From an uncultured Chloroflexia bacterium (GTDB taxonomy: Bacteria > Chloroflexota > Limnocylindria > Limnocylindrales > CSP1-4), in the NCBI GenBank assembly GCA_963713975.1, contig OY970218.1:1152001-1216000 (forward strand): DNA of 64,000 nt, in the 5' to 3' direction. A model generated the notes under the pieces. That model did not search any database, had not been told where the DNA came from, and saw only the letters and a program-made list of their open reading frames with translations. The first letter of the stretch is position 1; each line of letters opens with the position of its first letter. The translations under genes and the position numbers were made by a program. This document shows, piece by piece, positions 1 through 9,792 of the stretch.

Positions 1-520
1 GATCGACCTCCTGGATCGGCGGCGCGCCGACCGGCTCACCGCGGCGCGAGGACTGCTGGCCGCGGCCATGACGCTCACGAAGTCCCTGGAGCCGGCTCCG
101 GTCACCGCCCCCGAGACCCCAAGGCGGCGGGCGAAGGGCCGGGTGCCCGCCGATCCACCGGCCGCCGCCGATGTTCCCGTGCCTGGTCAGGATGCGGTGG
201 ATCCGGACCAAGGGGTCGAGACGACCTCCGGCAAGGCCACCGCTGCCGAACGACGGCGGGCTTTGGCGCTGCTCCTGGACCTGTGGCGCGATCTCGCCCG
301 GGATCTCGCCTGCCTTCAACGCGGCGCGAGCGGCAGCATCCGGGATGTAGCGCTCATCGAGGAGCTCGAGGATGCCGCCCGCCGTCTGCCGGTCGGTGCG
401 GCGGCCGACATGCTCGCCCGTCTCGTCCGGGCGACCGAGCTGCTGGAAGTGAACGCAACGCCGGAGCTCGTGCTCGACGTGCTGCTGCTCCGCTGGCCGA
501 GACCGGGCCGGATGGCATGA
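1..520 (+). CDS. holB: DNA polymerase III delta' subunit, C-terminal part (5' end outside window)
   Basis: C-terminal helical region LLLDLWRDLARDL...LEVNATPELVLDVLLL resembles the HolB C-terminus. The ATPase domain is not visible in the window. Confidence 0.6.
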   Translation, partial: IDLLDRRRADRLTAARGLLAAAMTLTKSLEPAPVTAPETPRRRAKGRVPADPPAAADVPVPGQDAVDPDQGVETTSGKATAAERRRALALLLDLWRDLARDLACLQRGASGSIRDVALIEELEDAARRLPVGAAADMLARLVRATELLEVNATPELVLDVLLLRWPRPGRMA

Positions 521-834
521 CGGGTCTCGGGGCCGGCACCGGCCGTGTCCGCCTCGATGCCGCGGTCCACGGGCGCGTCCAGGGCGTTGGCTATCGCGTG
601 TTCGCCCTGCGCGAGGCCTCGGCGCTCGCCTTGGCCGGCTTCGTGGCCAACATGGGCGATGGCAGCGTCCGCGTGGTCGCCGAGGGCGCCCGGCAAGATG
701 TGGAGATGCTCGTGGAGCGGCTGGAGGAGGGGCCTCCGGCCGGCTGGGTCGACCGCGTGGTGGTGCGCTGGGAGCCGGCGCGCGGCATCGGGCCGGGCTT
801 CCGCATCGAGAGTGGGGCCCACCGGGGCGACTGA
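517..834 (+). CDS. acyP: Acylphosphatase
   Basis: VHGRVQGVGYR and GFVANMGDGSVRVVAEG signature motifs; ATGA overlap with the upstream gene. Confidence 0.92.
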   Translation: MTGLGAGTGRVRLDAAVHGRVQGVGYRVFALREASALALAGFVANMGDGSVRVVAEGARQDVEMLVERLEEGPPAGWVDRVVVRWEPARGIGPGFRIESGAHRGD

Positions 835-927
835 CCCGGCGATCGCTTCGCCTGCCCTTGCTGGCGCCCAAAGGCCCGCGACCGGGCGACCCGGCGCGGC
901 AGGTGCAGGGGCGCACCGCCCTGACCG

Positions 928-1254
928 ATGCCGCCACCCACCGGGACTCACCGCCCATTCCCGATTCGGCCGGGATCGCGCAGGCTGCGCTCCGTGGACG
1001 AGTCCATTGGGCCCGAGGACATGCCGCTCCTCTACCGCGAGGTGCTGGATCTGGTTGCGCGCCTGGAGCATGGCGGCGAACGACGTGCGGCCTACGAGGT
1101 CCGCCGCCGGGCCATTCGCTTCTACTCCGTCCGCTGGGATGAGCGGAGCTACCGCAACCTCCAGAAGCTGGCCGGCGAGGCGCGGGCGCGCCTTGCCTCG
1201 GGACGCCACCGTGAGGCAAACGCCGCGCTGACCCGGACCGGCGAGCCCGCCTGA
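928..1254 (+). CDS. Hypothetical small helical protein (true start probably later, near 994-1021)
   Basis: ORF with genome-typical codon usage from VDESIGPEDMPLLY onward; no recognised motif. Confidence 0.55.
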   Translation: MPPPTGTHRPFPIRPGSRRLRSVDESIGPEDMPLLYREVLDLVARLEHGGERRAAYEVRRRAIRFYSVRWDERSYRNLQKLAGEARARLASGRHREANAALTRTGEPA

Positions 1255-1313
1255 TTCACCGCGCCTGACCGCGGCTGTCCGTCGCGGATCCCGCTCGCGG
1301 CGTACGCTCACAG

Positions 1314-1616
1314 GTGATGACCGCTTCCGTCGCCGATCTCATCGACCGTGCGCTGTCCGGGTTCGACGTGCTTGCGGCGACCGCCGAGCCCATCACGGAC
1401 GAGTGGCAGTACCTGGCTGACCTGGACACGGTCTGGCGTGCCCGGTTGCGTGCCATCGCCGATGCTCGTGGGAGCGAGGCGCCGCCGCCCGGTGCCGAGG
1501 CCGCGATCGCGGTGCTCGTCGATGAGGCGGCGCGCGTAATGGACCCTCACCGCGCCATCGACTGGCTCTCCACGCTACCGCAGGTCACCCTCGCGGCGCT
1601 GGCAGAGACCGCCTGA
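1314..1616 (+). CDS. Hypothetical protein
   Basis: Typical codon usage; stop overlaps the next ATG (TGATG). Confidence 0.7.
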   Translation: MMTASVADLIDRALSGFDVLAATAEPITDEWQYLADLDTVWRARLRAIADARGSEAPPPGAEAAIAVLVDEAARVMDPHRAIDWLSTLPQVTLAALAETA

Positions 1617-2302
1617 TGCGGTTCATGGACGCGCGACCCGATGGACGGGCCGTTGTCTATGCCCACATCCAGGCGGACCCGCTGGTGGCGCGGATCGCCG
1701 GGCTGCTCGCTGTGGCGACCACCACGCAGCGGCTCCTGGCGAGGGCGGCGATGAACGGCGAGTCAACGGATCCCGCCACCTGGCGCACGATGTTTCCCGC
1801 CCTGTTCGGTGTGGCTGCCCCCGCGCCGGGCGATCCCGTCCGGGACCGGTCCGAGGCGATCCTCGTGGCATCGCTCGAGGTGGCCGATCGCGGTGAGCAG
1901 ACCCGCAGCCAGTTCCGCGGCGCGATCGTGGAGGCGTTGACGGAACGGTTGCTGGCCGAGCGCACGGGTCCCGTCCGCCGCGAGCGCAGGGTCCTGTTCG
2001 ACGGCCGCCCCGCGGAGATCCACCCGTACGACGTCACGGTCGAGGCGGACGGGTCCGGCGAGGCGTGGGACTGCAAGTGGGGCGCCCGCGGGATCAAGGC
2101 GGACGTGCTGCACCAGCTTGACGATGCCCGTCGCGGCGCCGCGGACGAGGGCGGCCGCCTCCTCGTCGGCCTGGTCGTCTTCGACGCCCGTCGGTCATGT
2201 GAGGTGCGCTTGGTTCGGGAGCGGGGCCCGGTCGCGCTCGAGGGACTGAAGCTGATCGCCCTCGAGGGCCTGGACCGGCTGGCCGGACGCAAGCCGGCGT
2301 GA
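1616..2302 (+). CDS. Hypothetical protein, possible PD-(D/E)xK nuclease fold
   Basis: VEALTE...HPYDVTV...AWDCKWG pattern fits E...D...(D/E)xK; translationally coupled on both sides. Confidence 0.55.
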   Translation: MRFMDARPDGRAVVYAHIQADPLVARIAGLLAVATTTQRLLARAAMNGESTDPATWRTMFPALFGVAAPAPGDPVRDRSEAILVASLEVADRGEQTRSQFRGAIVEALTERLLAERTGPVRRERRVLFDGRPAEIHPYDVTVEADGSGEAWDCKWGARGIKADVLHQLDDARRGAADEGGRLLVGLVVFDARRSCEVRLVRERGPVALEGLKLIALEGLDRLAGRKPA

Positions 2303-3078
2303 GCCTCAACCCTCCGGCCAATGGCTACACCGTCCCATATCGCGTCCGGTTCGACGAGTGCGGGCCGGATGGGAACGCACGGACCTCGGCGTTGCTGAGG
2401 TATGCGCAGGACATCGCGTGGCTCCACTCAGACGCGCTGGGGTTCACCCGGGACTGGTACGCGCAGCGCGGCCTCGCGTGGGTCGTGCGGGCCGTCGAGA
2501 TGGCGATCCTGGCCACTGTCCCGCTGGGCGGCACGATCCTGGTGTCGACGGCGCCGACCGGGTTCCGTCGCGTGTGGGGGCGCCGCCGGACCGAGGCGCG
2601 CGTCGAGGACGGCTCGCTCGTCATGTGGGGTCACACCGACTGGGTCATGACCGACGGCCGTGGCATGCCGGGCCGGATCCCGGCTGAGTTCCCGGCCGCG
2701 TTCGCGGTGCCGCCGGGGACCTTCGAGCCTGTCCGTGTCCCACTCCCGGACGCGCCCGCGGATGCGACCGTCCTCAGCGCGGTCGTTCGACGGCAGGATC
2801 TCGACCCGATGGGCCATGTCAACAACGGCGCGTACCTGGACTACCTCGAGGAGGCGCTCGACGCTACGGGCGAGGCGGGCCGCTTGGCGCTGGCGGCGGT
2901 TCCGCGCCGGATCCTGCTGGAGTACGCGGCCGCGGCGGCGCCGGACACCCGACTGACCGGCACCGCCTGGCGGGATGATCGAACCGACGGTGACGGGTGG
3001 TTCTGGCGACTCACCGATGACGAGCGCCGCGACCTGGCGCGCGGCAGGGTGGTCCTCGACAAGTGGGAGGCGAGATGA
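2299..3078 (+). CDS. Acyl-ACP thioesterase (double hotdog fold)
   Basis: YRVRFDECG at the N-terminus and DLDPMGHVNNGAYLDY catalytic motif. Confidence 0.88.
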   Translation: MSLNPPANGYTVPYRVRFDECGPDGNARTSALLRYAQDIAWLHSDALGFTRDWYAQRGLAWVVRAVEMAILATVPLGGTILVSTAPTGFRRVWGRRRTEARVEDGSLVMWGHTDWVMTDGRGMPGRIPAEFPAAFAVPPGTFEPVRVPLPDAPADATVLSAVVRRQDLDPMGHVNNGAYLDYLEEALDATGEAGRLALAAVPRRILLEYAAAAAPDTRLTGTAWRDDRTDGDGWFWRLTDDERRDLARGRVVLDKWEAR

Positions 3079-4277
3079 CACGGACGGTATTCCGGGGTGG
3101 ATCGGTATTCGACGGATCGGGCGCGGATCCGCGACCCGCGGACATCGTGGTCGAGGACGGCCGGATCGTGGACGTCGGGACCGGCCTGGACGGCGACGTG
3201 GCCGTGGAGCTGGCCGGGAAGACGATCCTGCCCGGGCTGTTCGACTGCCATGTCCATGTCGTCTTCAGCCACGTGGATCTGTGGCGCTCCGTGAACACGC
3301 CGTTCTCCTACAGCTTCTACGAGGCCGCCCGGAACCTCCGGTCGACCCTCCGCATCGGGATCACATCGGTCCGGGACGCTGGTGGGGCAGATCTCGGTGT
3401 GAAGCAGGCGCTGATCGACGGCCTGATCGAGGGCCCGCGCATGCAGCTCAGCCTCACGATGCTCAGCCAGACCGGTGGCCATGGTGACGACTGGCTCGTC
3501 TCCGGTATCCGCGTCCCGATCCTGCCAGAGCATCCGGGTGTGCCGTCGGCGATCGTGGACGGTCCCGACGAGATGCGCCGTAAGGTCCGCGAGCTGCACC
3601 GGATGGGCGCCGACGTGGTCAAGGTGGCGACCTCGGGCGGCGTGCTGTCGCCCCGTGACGATCCGCGGCAGGCCCACTTCCGCCCGGCGGAGCTCGAGGT
3701 GCTGGTCGAGGAGGCAACCGCGGCCGGGATGTTCGTGATGGCCCACGCCCAGGGAGCGGACGGGATCAAGAACGCCGTGCGGGCCGGCATCCGCTCGATC
3801 GAGCACGGCATCTACCTCGACGACGAGGCGATCGAGCTGATGCTCGAACGGGGCACCTGGCTGGTGCCGACACTGGTCGCCCCGCAGGGCGTGATCGATG
3901 CTGCCGCCTCGGGTGTGGTCTTCTCGCCCGGCGTGCTCGAGAAGGCGACAGCCGTCGTCGAGATCCACCGCGATGCCGTGCGCCGCGCCGTCGCGGCGGG
4001 CGTGCGGGTTGCGATGGGCACGGACTCCGGGGTCACCCCACATGGCCGCAACCTGCGCGAGCTGGCCCTCATGGCGGAGGTCGGGATGGCGCCGGGCGCG
4101 GTCCTGGAGGCCACGACCCGCAGCGCGGCGCGACTCATGGGCGTGGACGAGGACCTCGGGACGATCGAGCCCGGCAAGCTTGCCGACCTGGTGATCGTGG
4201 ACGGTGACCCATACGCCTTTGCGACGCTTCCCGAGCGCATCGAGGGTGTCTGGATCGGTGGCAGCCGGGTCGTCTGA
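3075..4277 (+). CDS. Metal-dependent amidohydrolase (Xaa-Pro dipeptidase-like)
   Basis: [33 protein letters not shown] and [13 protein letters not shown] motifs. Confidence 0.9.
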   Translation: MTRTVFRGGSVFDGSGADPRPADIVVEDGRIVDVGTGLDGDVAVELAGKTILPGLFDCHVHVVFSHVDLWRSVNTPFSYSFYEAARNLRSTLRIGITSVRDAGGADLGVKQALIDGLIEGPRMQLSLTMLSQTGGHGDDWLVSGIRVPILPEHPGVPSAIVDGPDEMRRKVRELHRMGADVVKVATSGGVLSPRDDPRQAHFRPAELEVLVEEATAAGMFVMAHAQGADGIKNAVRAGIRSIEHGIYLDDEAIELMLERGTWLVPTLVAPQGVIDAAASGVVFSPGVLEKATAVVEIHRDAVRRAVAAGVRVAMGTDSGVTPHGRNLRELALMAEVGMAPGAVLEATTRSAARLMGVDEDLGTIEPGKLADLVIVDGDPYAFATLPERIEGVWIGGSRVV

Positions 4278-4492
4278 GGCCGCGGGGCGGCCCATGGTTG
4301 CGGTCGCGCCGACCCCCGTACTTTCGGACCATGACCGCGCGGGTGCCGCGCGGTGCCCGTGGGAACCGGTGCGGGCACGCGCGCTCGCCGGGGGGACCAT
4401 CGCCCCATGTTGAGCGGGGTGTCCCAGGCCATAGGCTAGGCGTGCAGGTGCGACCGTCGGGGATCGCGCCGAGACGGAATGCCCGAGGCACT

Positions 4493-6064
4493 TTGGACAT
4501 CCTGACCGCGTCGCTCGCCACCGCGCTGATGGTCGCGCTGATCGGCGCCCTCGCAGGCTCGGCCGGCTTCGCCGCACTGGTCGTGCGGCGCCAGAACCGC
4601 CGCTTGGCGACCCTCGCCGAGCAGCTGACCGCCGCCCATGACGAGGGCTCGCTCGCAGCCATCGATGCTGGGCGGATCCAAGACCCGAGGCTGCGTGCCG
4701 CGTTCACCGACCTTGCCGACCGCGTCGCGGACACCTGGCGCCTGGCCACGGTCGACCCGCTGACGGGTATCGCCAACCGGCAGGCCGTGCTGGCGCGTGT
4801 GGACGAGGAGCTGGCTCGCGCGATGCGCTACCACCACCCCCTGTCCGTGATCCTGATCGACCTCGACCACTTCAAGCGGATCAACGACTCGCACGGCCAT
4901 GCCGCCGGCGACCAGGTCCTGCGCCACGTCGGGGGGCTGCTGGCCGCGAGCGTCCGGACCATCGACACGGCCGGCCGGTATGGCGGCGAGGAGTTCCTCG
5001 TCGTCCTGCCGGAGACCGATGCCGACGCCGCCGCGTCGGTCGCGGAAAAGCTCCGGCGGATCGTCGGGAGCGCCGTGGTGCAGCTGCCGGACGGAGAGTC
5101 GGTCTCTGTGACGATCTCGGCTGGTGTCGCCGGTGGTCACGGCGGCATGCTCAGGCCCGACGTCCTGGTACGCGACGCGGACTCGGCGCTGTACTCGGCC
5201 AAGGCCCTGGGACGCGACCAGGTCTACGTGTTCCGCGAGACGGGCGACGAGGACACCGTTCGGCGCGCCCCGATTGCCGCCCACGCCCGCAGTCGGGCCA
5301 TGGATGTCGGCCGGGAGGCGATGGCCGCCGCACAGGATGCCCTCCTGCGGACGCTCGCCGACCGCGCCGCCTGGGCGGGCCGGCCGTCGATGCTGATCGC
5401 GGAGGCGTCCGTGTCGCTGGCGCGCGCGATCGACCTGCCCGCCGGCGAGCTTGACCGGATCCGGACAGCCAGCCTCCTGCACGACCTGGGCAAGCTCGCG
5501 ATCCCCGACGAGATCCTGGCGAAGCCCGGTGACCTCGCGGCGACCGAGTGGCGCGTGGTCACGGAGCACCCCAAGATCGGACAGGTGGTGCTGGAACAGG
5601 CCGGTGCCATGCGTGACGCGGCGAGCATCGTCCTGCACCACCACGAGTGGTACGACGGTCGCGGCTACCCGCATGGCCTCGCCGGCACCGAGATTCCCAT
5701 CGGCGCGCGCATCGTCTCGATCGTCGACGCCTATGAGGCCATGATCGCCGGGCGACCGTATCGCGGGGCCATCACCCACGTGGAGGCCATCGCGGAGCTG
5801 CGGAGGATGGCCGGCATCCAGTTCGACCCGGAGCTCGTCGAGCTGTTCGCCGAGATCTTCGCGGACGGTGTCCCGTGGGAGCCCGAGGCCCACGACCAAG
5901 ACCACGATCACGACCATCGCCATGACCACGGCCATGACCAGTGGGGCCCGGAACGGGTGACTGTGGCCGCCCGTTCGTCAGGCGGGCGCGCTCGTGTCGC
6001 GGGCCGCGCCCGCCCGACCGCGGAGATCCACGACGCCGTCCACGAGCGCCGCCGAGTCGGCTAG
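4493..6064 (+). CDS. Membrane-anchored GGDEF + HD-GYP c-di-GMP enzyme (start uncertain)
   Basis: N-terminal TM helix; [20 protein letters not shown]-site, RYGGEEF; LLHDLGK and [12 protein letters not shown]. Confidence 0.92.
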   Translation: MDILTASLATALMVALIGALAGSAGFAALVVRRQNRRLATLAEQLTAAHDEGSLAAIDAGRIQDPRLRAAFTDLADRVADTWRLATVDPLTGIANRQAVLARVDEELARAMRYHHPLSVILIDLDHFKRINDSHGHAAGDQVLRHVGGLLAASVRTIDTAGRYGGEEFLVVLPETDADAAASVAEKLRRIVGSAVVQLPDGESVSVTISAGVAGGHGGMLRPDVLVRDADSALYSAKALGRDQVYVFRETGDEDTVRRAPIAAHARSRAMDVGREAMAAAQDALLRTLADRAAWAGRPSMLIAEASVSLARAIDLPAGELDRIRTASLLHDLGKLAIPDEILAKPGDLAATEWRVVTEHPKIGQVVLEQAGAMRDAASIVLHHHEWYDGRGYPHGLAGTEIPIGARIVSIVDAYEAMIAGRPYRGAITHVEAIAELRRMAGIQFDPELVELFAEIFADGVPWEPEAHDQDHDHDHRHDHGHDQWGPERVTVAARSSGGRARVAGRARPTAEIHDAVHERRRVG

Positions 6065-6075
6065 CTGACGCCGAG

Positions 6076-6438
6076 CTAGGACCCGCTCGCCCAGGCTGCG
6101 GCCTCATCGACCGCATCGAGCGGGAAGAGCTTGACGTCGCCCGGGAAGGCCCAGGCCACCAGGTGGATGCCGTCGCGGACCAGGTGCTTGTCCGTGACGA
6201 TCGCGATCCGCTCCCACGCGGACCAGGTCCTCCTGCCCATCTTGACGTCCTCGCGCATCGCACCTTCGCCGAAGCCCGTGGCGTCGGGCCCCATGACCAT
6301 GACGACCCGCAGCTTGTGCTCGCCGGCGGCCGAATCCAGGATCGGATCCAGCGCCGCACGATAGTCGTCGGCGCTCAGCTTGCCGATGACCTCGAAGCCG
6401 ATGACGCCGGCGGGCATGTTTGGGAGGCTTTTGATCAT
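6076..6438 (-). CDS. STAS/SEC14 (SpoIIAA-like) domain protein
   Basis: VIGFEVIGKLSADDY...WERIAIVTDK...AAAW family pattern; GGAG upstream of the ATG. Confidence 0.8.
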   Translation of the reverse strand: MIKSLPNMPAGVIGFEVIGKLSADDYRAALDPILDSAAGEHKLRVVMVMGPDATGFGEGAMREDVKMGRRTWSAWERIAIVTDKHLVRDGIHLVAWAFPGDVKLFPLDAVDEAAAWASGS

Positions 6439-6463
6439 CGCTTTGAGCTCCATGAGTGGATGC

Positions 6464-8140
6464 CTAGTCGACGTCGCGCCGCCGTATGCCCCAGGCGCCC
6501 AGCAGGATGCCACCGACGGCGATGGCCACGCAGGCCACGATCCCGACCGGATCCCAGCTCCCGGCCATCGGCTGGCCGAGGTGCGCCGTAAGGGCCAGCT
6601 GGTGGAACCAGTCCGGCAGGCCGAGCGGAGGCACCAGGAGGTCTACGAGGTAGGTGGCAACCACGAATAGGGCGGAGATCTCCGCCGCCAGCGACGTCCG
6701 CCACAGCCCACCGACCGCGACGCCGATCCCGACGACGGCCGCGGCATAGAGCCCGAGCGCCGCGGAGCCGAGCATGGCCTCGCCAGCGCTGACGTCGCTC
6801 GACGCCGCCCCGAGCCCGATACCGCCTGCGAACAGGAGGCTCATGACCACGGTCGCGCCGATGGCGGCGGCGCCGCCGGCGAGCGCCCAGCGGGCCCGGC
6901 TTGCCGGTGAGGTGAGGACGAGCTCGAGGCGCCCGTCCGTCTCGTCCGATGCCCACTTCGAAACGAAGGTGGCCGCGGCAAATCCGGCTGCGATGTAGAG
7001 AAGCGCCACGTAGAGCTGCAGGAAGCCGCCGGCCGAGGCGAGGTCGAAGTCCGGGAAGATGGTGCTGAACACTCCCAGCATGTCCGGGCTGGACCGGATC
7101 TGGTCCGCCATCGGCCCGACCAGGGACGCGAGCAGCGCGCCGGCGAGGCCGAGGCCGATCCCCCACGAGGCGGCCCGTGGCAGCTGATCGCCGAAGGCCC
7201 GGCTGATGGGCCCTCGGACGCCGAGGATGCCCGCCGGCAGGCCGGGAAGGGACAGGCCGGCCGTGACGCCGAGGTCGCGACGCACGAACAGCTCCACGCC
7301 GATCGCGAGGAACACGACGCCGACGATGCCCACCAGGGCCAGCGCAGGCCAGTCGTACATGCCAACGAGCCCGATGTGGTCGGCCGTCCAGGCGAACGGG
7401 CTGAGGGCCACGAGCGGTCCGCCGATCTCCATGCCGGCGGCGACCCACAGGAAGGCCATGGAGATCCCGGCGACACCGGCCGAGCCGGCGCGCCCGAGGA
7501 CGGGCGAGAGCGCGAACGCGATCCCGCCGAAGAACATGGCGAGGAACCCTACCCACAGCACAAAGGCGATGGAGGCCTGGAGCGGGATGGTGTCGCCCAG
7601 GGCGGCATCCCCGAAGACCGTCGAGCTGAGCGTCGTGACGACCGCGAAGATCGCCAGCGCCAGCCAGAGGACGGTCAGGTGGGCCGCCAGCTTCTCGAGC
7701 GCGATGCGGCGCTTGCCGAATGGCGTGGCGGCGACCAGGTCCAGGCTGCCCCGTCGGGCCTCGCCGGCGAGCGTGCCGGAGAGGGCCATGATCGACCACA
7801 GCGCGGCACCCAGGGCGAAGATGGCGCCGTACTTGAAGGTCATGTAGCCGCCAAGGGTCCCGAGCGCGACCGGCCTGCCGAAGAGATTGACCATGGACGC
7901 CGGCATGCTGCCGATCAGCGCATCCACCTCGAGACGGGCGGCGGGCGTCGGGAACACGGTTGTGACGGCGGCACCCATGACGAGCGCCATGCCGCTGAGG
8001 AGGCCGGTGGCGATGATGAAGGCGAGGCGCGAGTCGCGCACCGTCTTGCCATAGATGCTGCCGAGGCCGTAGATCCGGCTCAGCCGGGTGGCCTGGGTAC
8101 GGGCCGCCGCCAGCGGCGGCGTGCCGGCACTAGCTGACAT
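6464..8140 (-). CDS. ABC-2 type exporter permease (duplicated domain)
   Basis: About 12 TM segments with two repeats (AGEARRGSLDLV, ASDETDGRLELVL); coupled to the ATPase. Confidence 0.85.
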   Translation of the reverse strand: MSASAGTPPLAAARTQATRLSRIYGLGSIYGKTVRDSRLAFIIATGLLSGMALVMGAAVTTVFPTPAARLEVDALIGSMPASMVNLFGRPVALGTLGGYMTFKYGAIFALGAALWSIMALSGTLAGEARRGSLDLVAATPFGKRRIALEKLAAHLTVLWLALAIFAVVTTLSSTVFGDAALGDTIPLQASIAFVLWVGFLAMFFGGIAFALSPVLGRAGSAGVAGISMAFLWVAAGMEIGGPLVALSPFAWTADHIGLVGMYDWPALALVGIVGVVFLAIGVELFVRRDLGVTAGLSLPGLPAGILGVRGPISRAFGDQLPRAASWGIGLGLAGALLASLVGPMADQIRSSPDMLGVFSTIFPDFDLASAGGFLQLYVALLYIAAGFAAATFVSKWASDETDGRLELVLTSPASRARWALAGGAAAIGATVVMSLLFAGGIGLGAASSDVSAGEAMLGSAALGLYAAAVVGIGVAVGGLWRTSLAAEISALFVVATYLVDLLVPPLGLPDWFHQLALTAHLGQPMAGSWDPVGIVACVAIAVGGILLGAWGIRRRDVD

Positions 8141-9044
8141 TGCCCGTCTCCTCGAAGGCCTGCGCGCCGTACTGGGCGAGGAACGTCTCCTCGAGGCTTG
8201 GCTCCCGGCTGACGAAGTCGAGCAGGTCGTACTGCGCTGCCGCACGGACGACCGGGGTGATGGCGCCGGTCACGCGGAGCCGGAGGACGTGGTCCTCCGC
8301 GACGACGTCGCTCACGCCGGGCAGGTCGGCGAACGCGTCGACCGGCACCGTGTCCGTGAAGCGCAGCTCCACCTGGTGGTGGGCGAGGTCCCGCAGAGCC
8401 TCGACGGTGTCCGTCTTCACGATCCGGCCCTCGCGGATGATCGCGACCCTGCCACACGTCTTCTCGACCTCGCCCAGGATGTGGCTCGAGAGGAAGACCG
8501 TCCGGCCCTCCGACTTCGCCTCCTGAACGAGCCCGAAGAAGGATTGCTGCACGAGGGGATCGAGGCCCGACGTCGGCTCATCGAGGACGAGCAGGTCCGG
8601 GCGGTGCTGGAGCGCGATGACGATGCCGACCTTCTGCTTGTTGCCCTTGCTGTACTCCTTGAACCGGCGTGACGGGTCGAGGTCCAGGCGGGCGATGAGG
8701 TCCTGCTGGTAGTCCGCGTCGACCCCGCCCCGCAGGTTCGCGAAGTACTGGATCGTCTGGCCGCCCGTGAGGCGGTCGTACAGCGCGAACTCGCCCGGGA
8801 TGTAGCCCACCCGGCGATGGATCGCCACCGGGTCCACGGACGATTCGATGCCGAACACGCGGGCCACGCCGCTCGTCGGGCGGATCAGGTCGAGGAAGGT
8901 GCGGATGGTCGTCGTCTTGCCGGCGCCGTTGGGGCCCAGGAATCCGAACACCTCGCCCGCTTCGACCGCGAGGTCCACCTCGACGATCCCGCGGTGGCTC
9001 CCGTAGCTCTTGGTGAGGCGCTCGACCTCGATGACTGCGGTCAT
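8130..9044 (-). CDS. ABC transporter ATP-binding protein
   Basis: Walker A GPNGAGKTT, signature YSKGN, Walker B LVLDEP, H-loop SSH. Confidence 0.95.
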   Translation of the reverse strand: MTAVIEVERLTKSYGSHRGIVEVDLAVEAGEVFGFLGPNGAGKTTTIRTFLDLIRPTSGVARVFGIESSVDPVAIHRRVGYIPGEFALYDRLTGGQTIQYFANLRGGVDADYQQDLIARLDLDPSRRFKEYSKGNKQKVGIVIALQHRPDLLVLDEPTSGLDPLVQQSFFGLVQEAKSEGRTVFLSSHILGEVEKTCGRVAIIREGRIVKTDTVEALRDLAHHQVELRFTDTVPVDAFADLPGVSDVVAEDHVLRLRVTGAITPVVRAAAQYDLLDFVSREPSLEETFLAQYGAQAFEETGNVS

Positions 9045-9577
9045 GCCTGCTGGTTCCTTTCCGGCGCATCGGCGGCCTGGATGATGCTCATGGCCTTCTC
9101 GGGCGCGATCGGGCCGGCTGCCGGTTTCCGGTCAGCCACGTAGCTGCCGACGAGGAGGGGCCACTCGCGCTCGTAATAGGCGTAGAGGTCGCGGAACTCG
9201 AGGAGCCGGGCCCGGTCCGCGGCCGGCCGGGCGGCGAGCAGCGCGAGGCCCTCGTCGGCGATCTCGCGGCCCTGGCCCATCACCGCGCCGGCGTTGGCGA
9301 CCATGCGCCGGATGGCACCCGGCGGGGCGCTGAAGAACTCGCGCCGGTCGCCGCGCCGTCGGCTGCGCTGGACGACGCCCGCTGCGGTCAGCGCGCGCAC
9401 CGCGCCGCTGATCGCCCCGCGACTCGCGTGGAGCTCCAGCGCGAGCTGCTCGGCCGTCTGCTCCGCCGGTTCGCAGATCAGCAGCCACGCCCACACCCGG
9501 CCCGCCATCCGCTGCATGCCCCTGCCGTACAGGTGCTGGCCCAGCTGTTCGACGAAGGCGGCCTCAGGATCGTCCAT
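9041..9577 (-). CDS. GbsR/MarR-family transcriptional regulator
   Basis: GMQRMAGRVWAWLLI...LALELHASRGAISGAVRAL...RRGDRREFF winged HTH; first gene of the ABC operon. Confidence 0.85.
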   Translation of the reverse strand: MDDPEAAFVEQLGQHLYGRGMQRMAGRVWAWLLICEPAEQTAEQLALELHASRGAISGAVRALTAAGVVQRSRRRGDRREFFSAPPGAIRRMVANAGAVMGQGREIADEGLALLAARPAADRARLLEFRDLYAYYEREWPLLVGSYVADRKPAAGPIAPEKAMSIIQAADAPERNQQA

Positions 9578-9792
9578 GATTGGCATGCTAGAAGTGCATG
9601 AGATTTCTGTCAATTGTGAACGTACGCTGCGCGCGATCCAGCGGTGAGCCGGCAGTCGAGGATCCAGGTGTGCCCGTCCCCCTGCCGGAGCACGCCTCAA
9701 CGGGACCATCGACTGATCGCTGACGACAACCGGCGAGTTGAGGACGGGGCCGCGGCCGCGTAGAGTCGCCCCGCGTCCTCTCCTAGCCCGGT

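Noticed and set aside
2841-5935. Long antisense ORFs (2841-4577, 4436-5935; likewise 10237-11796, 23778-25481, 35842-37359 and others)
   Set aside because: Shadow ORFs opposite well-supported genes, expected in high-GC DNA, with no motifs.
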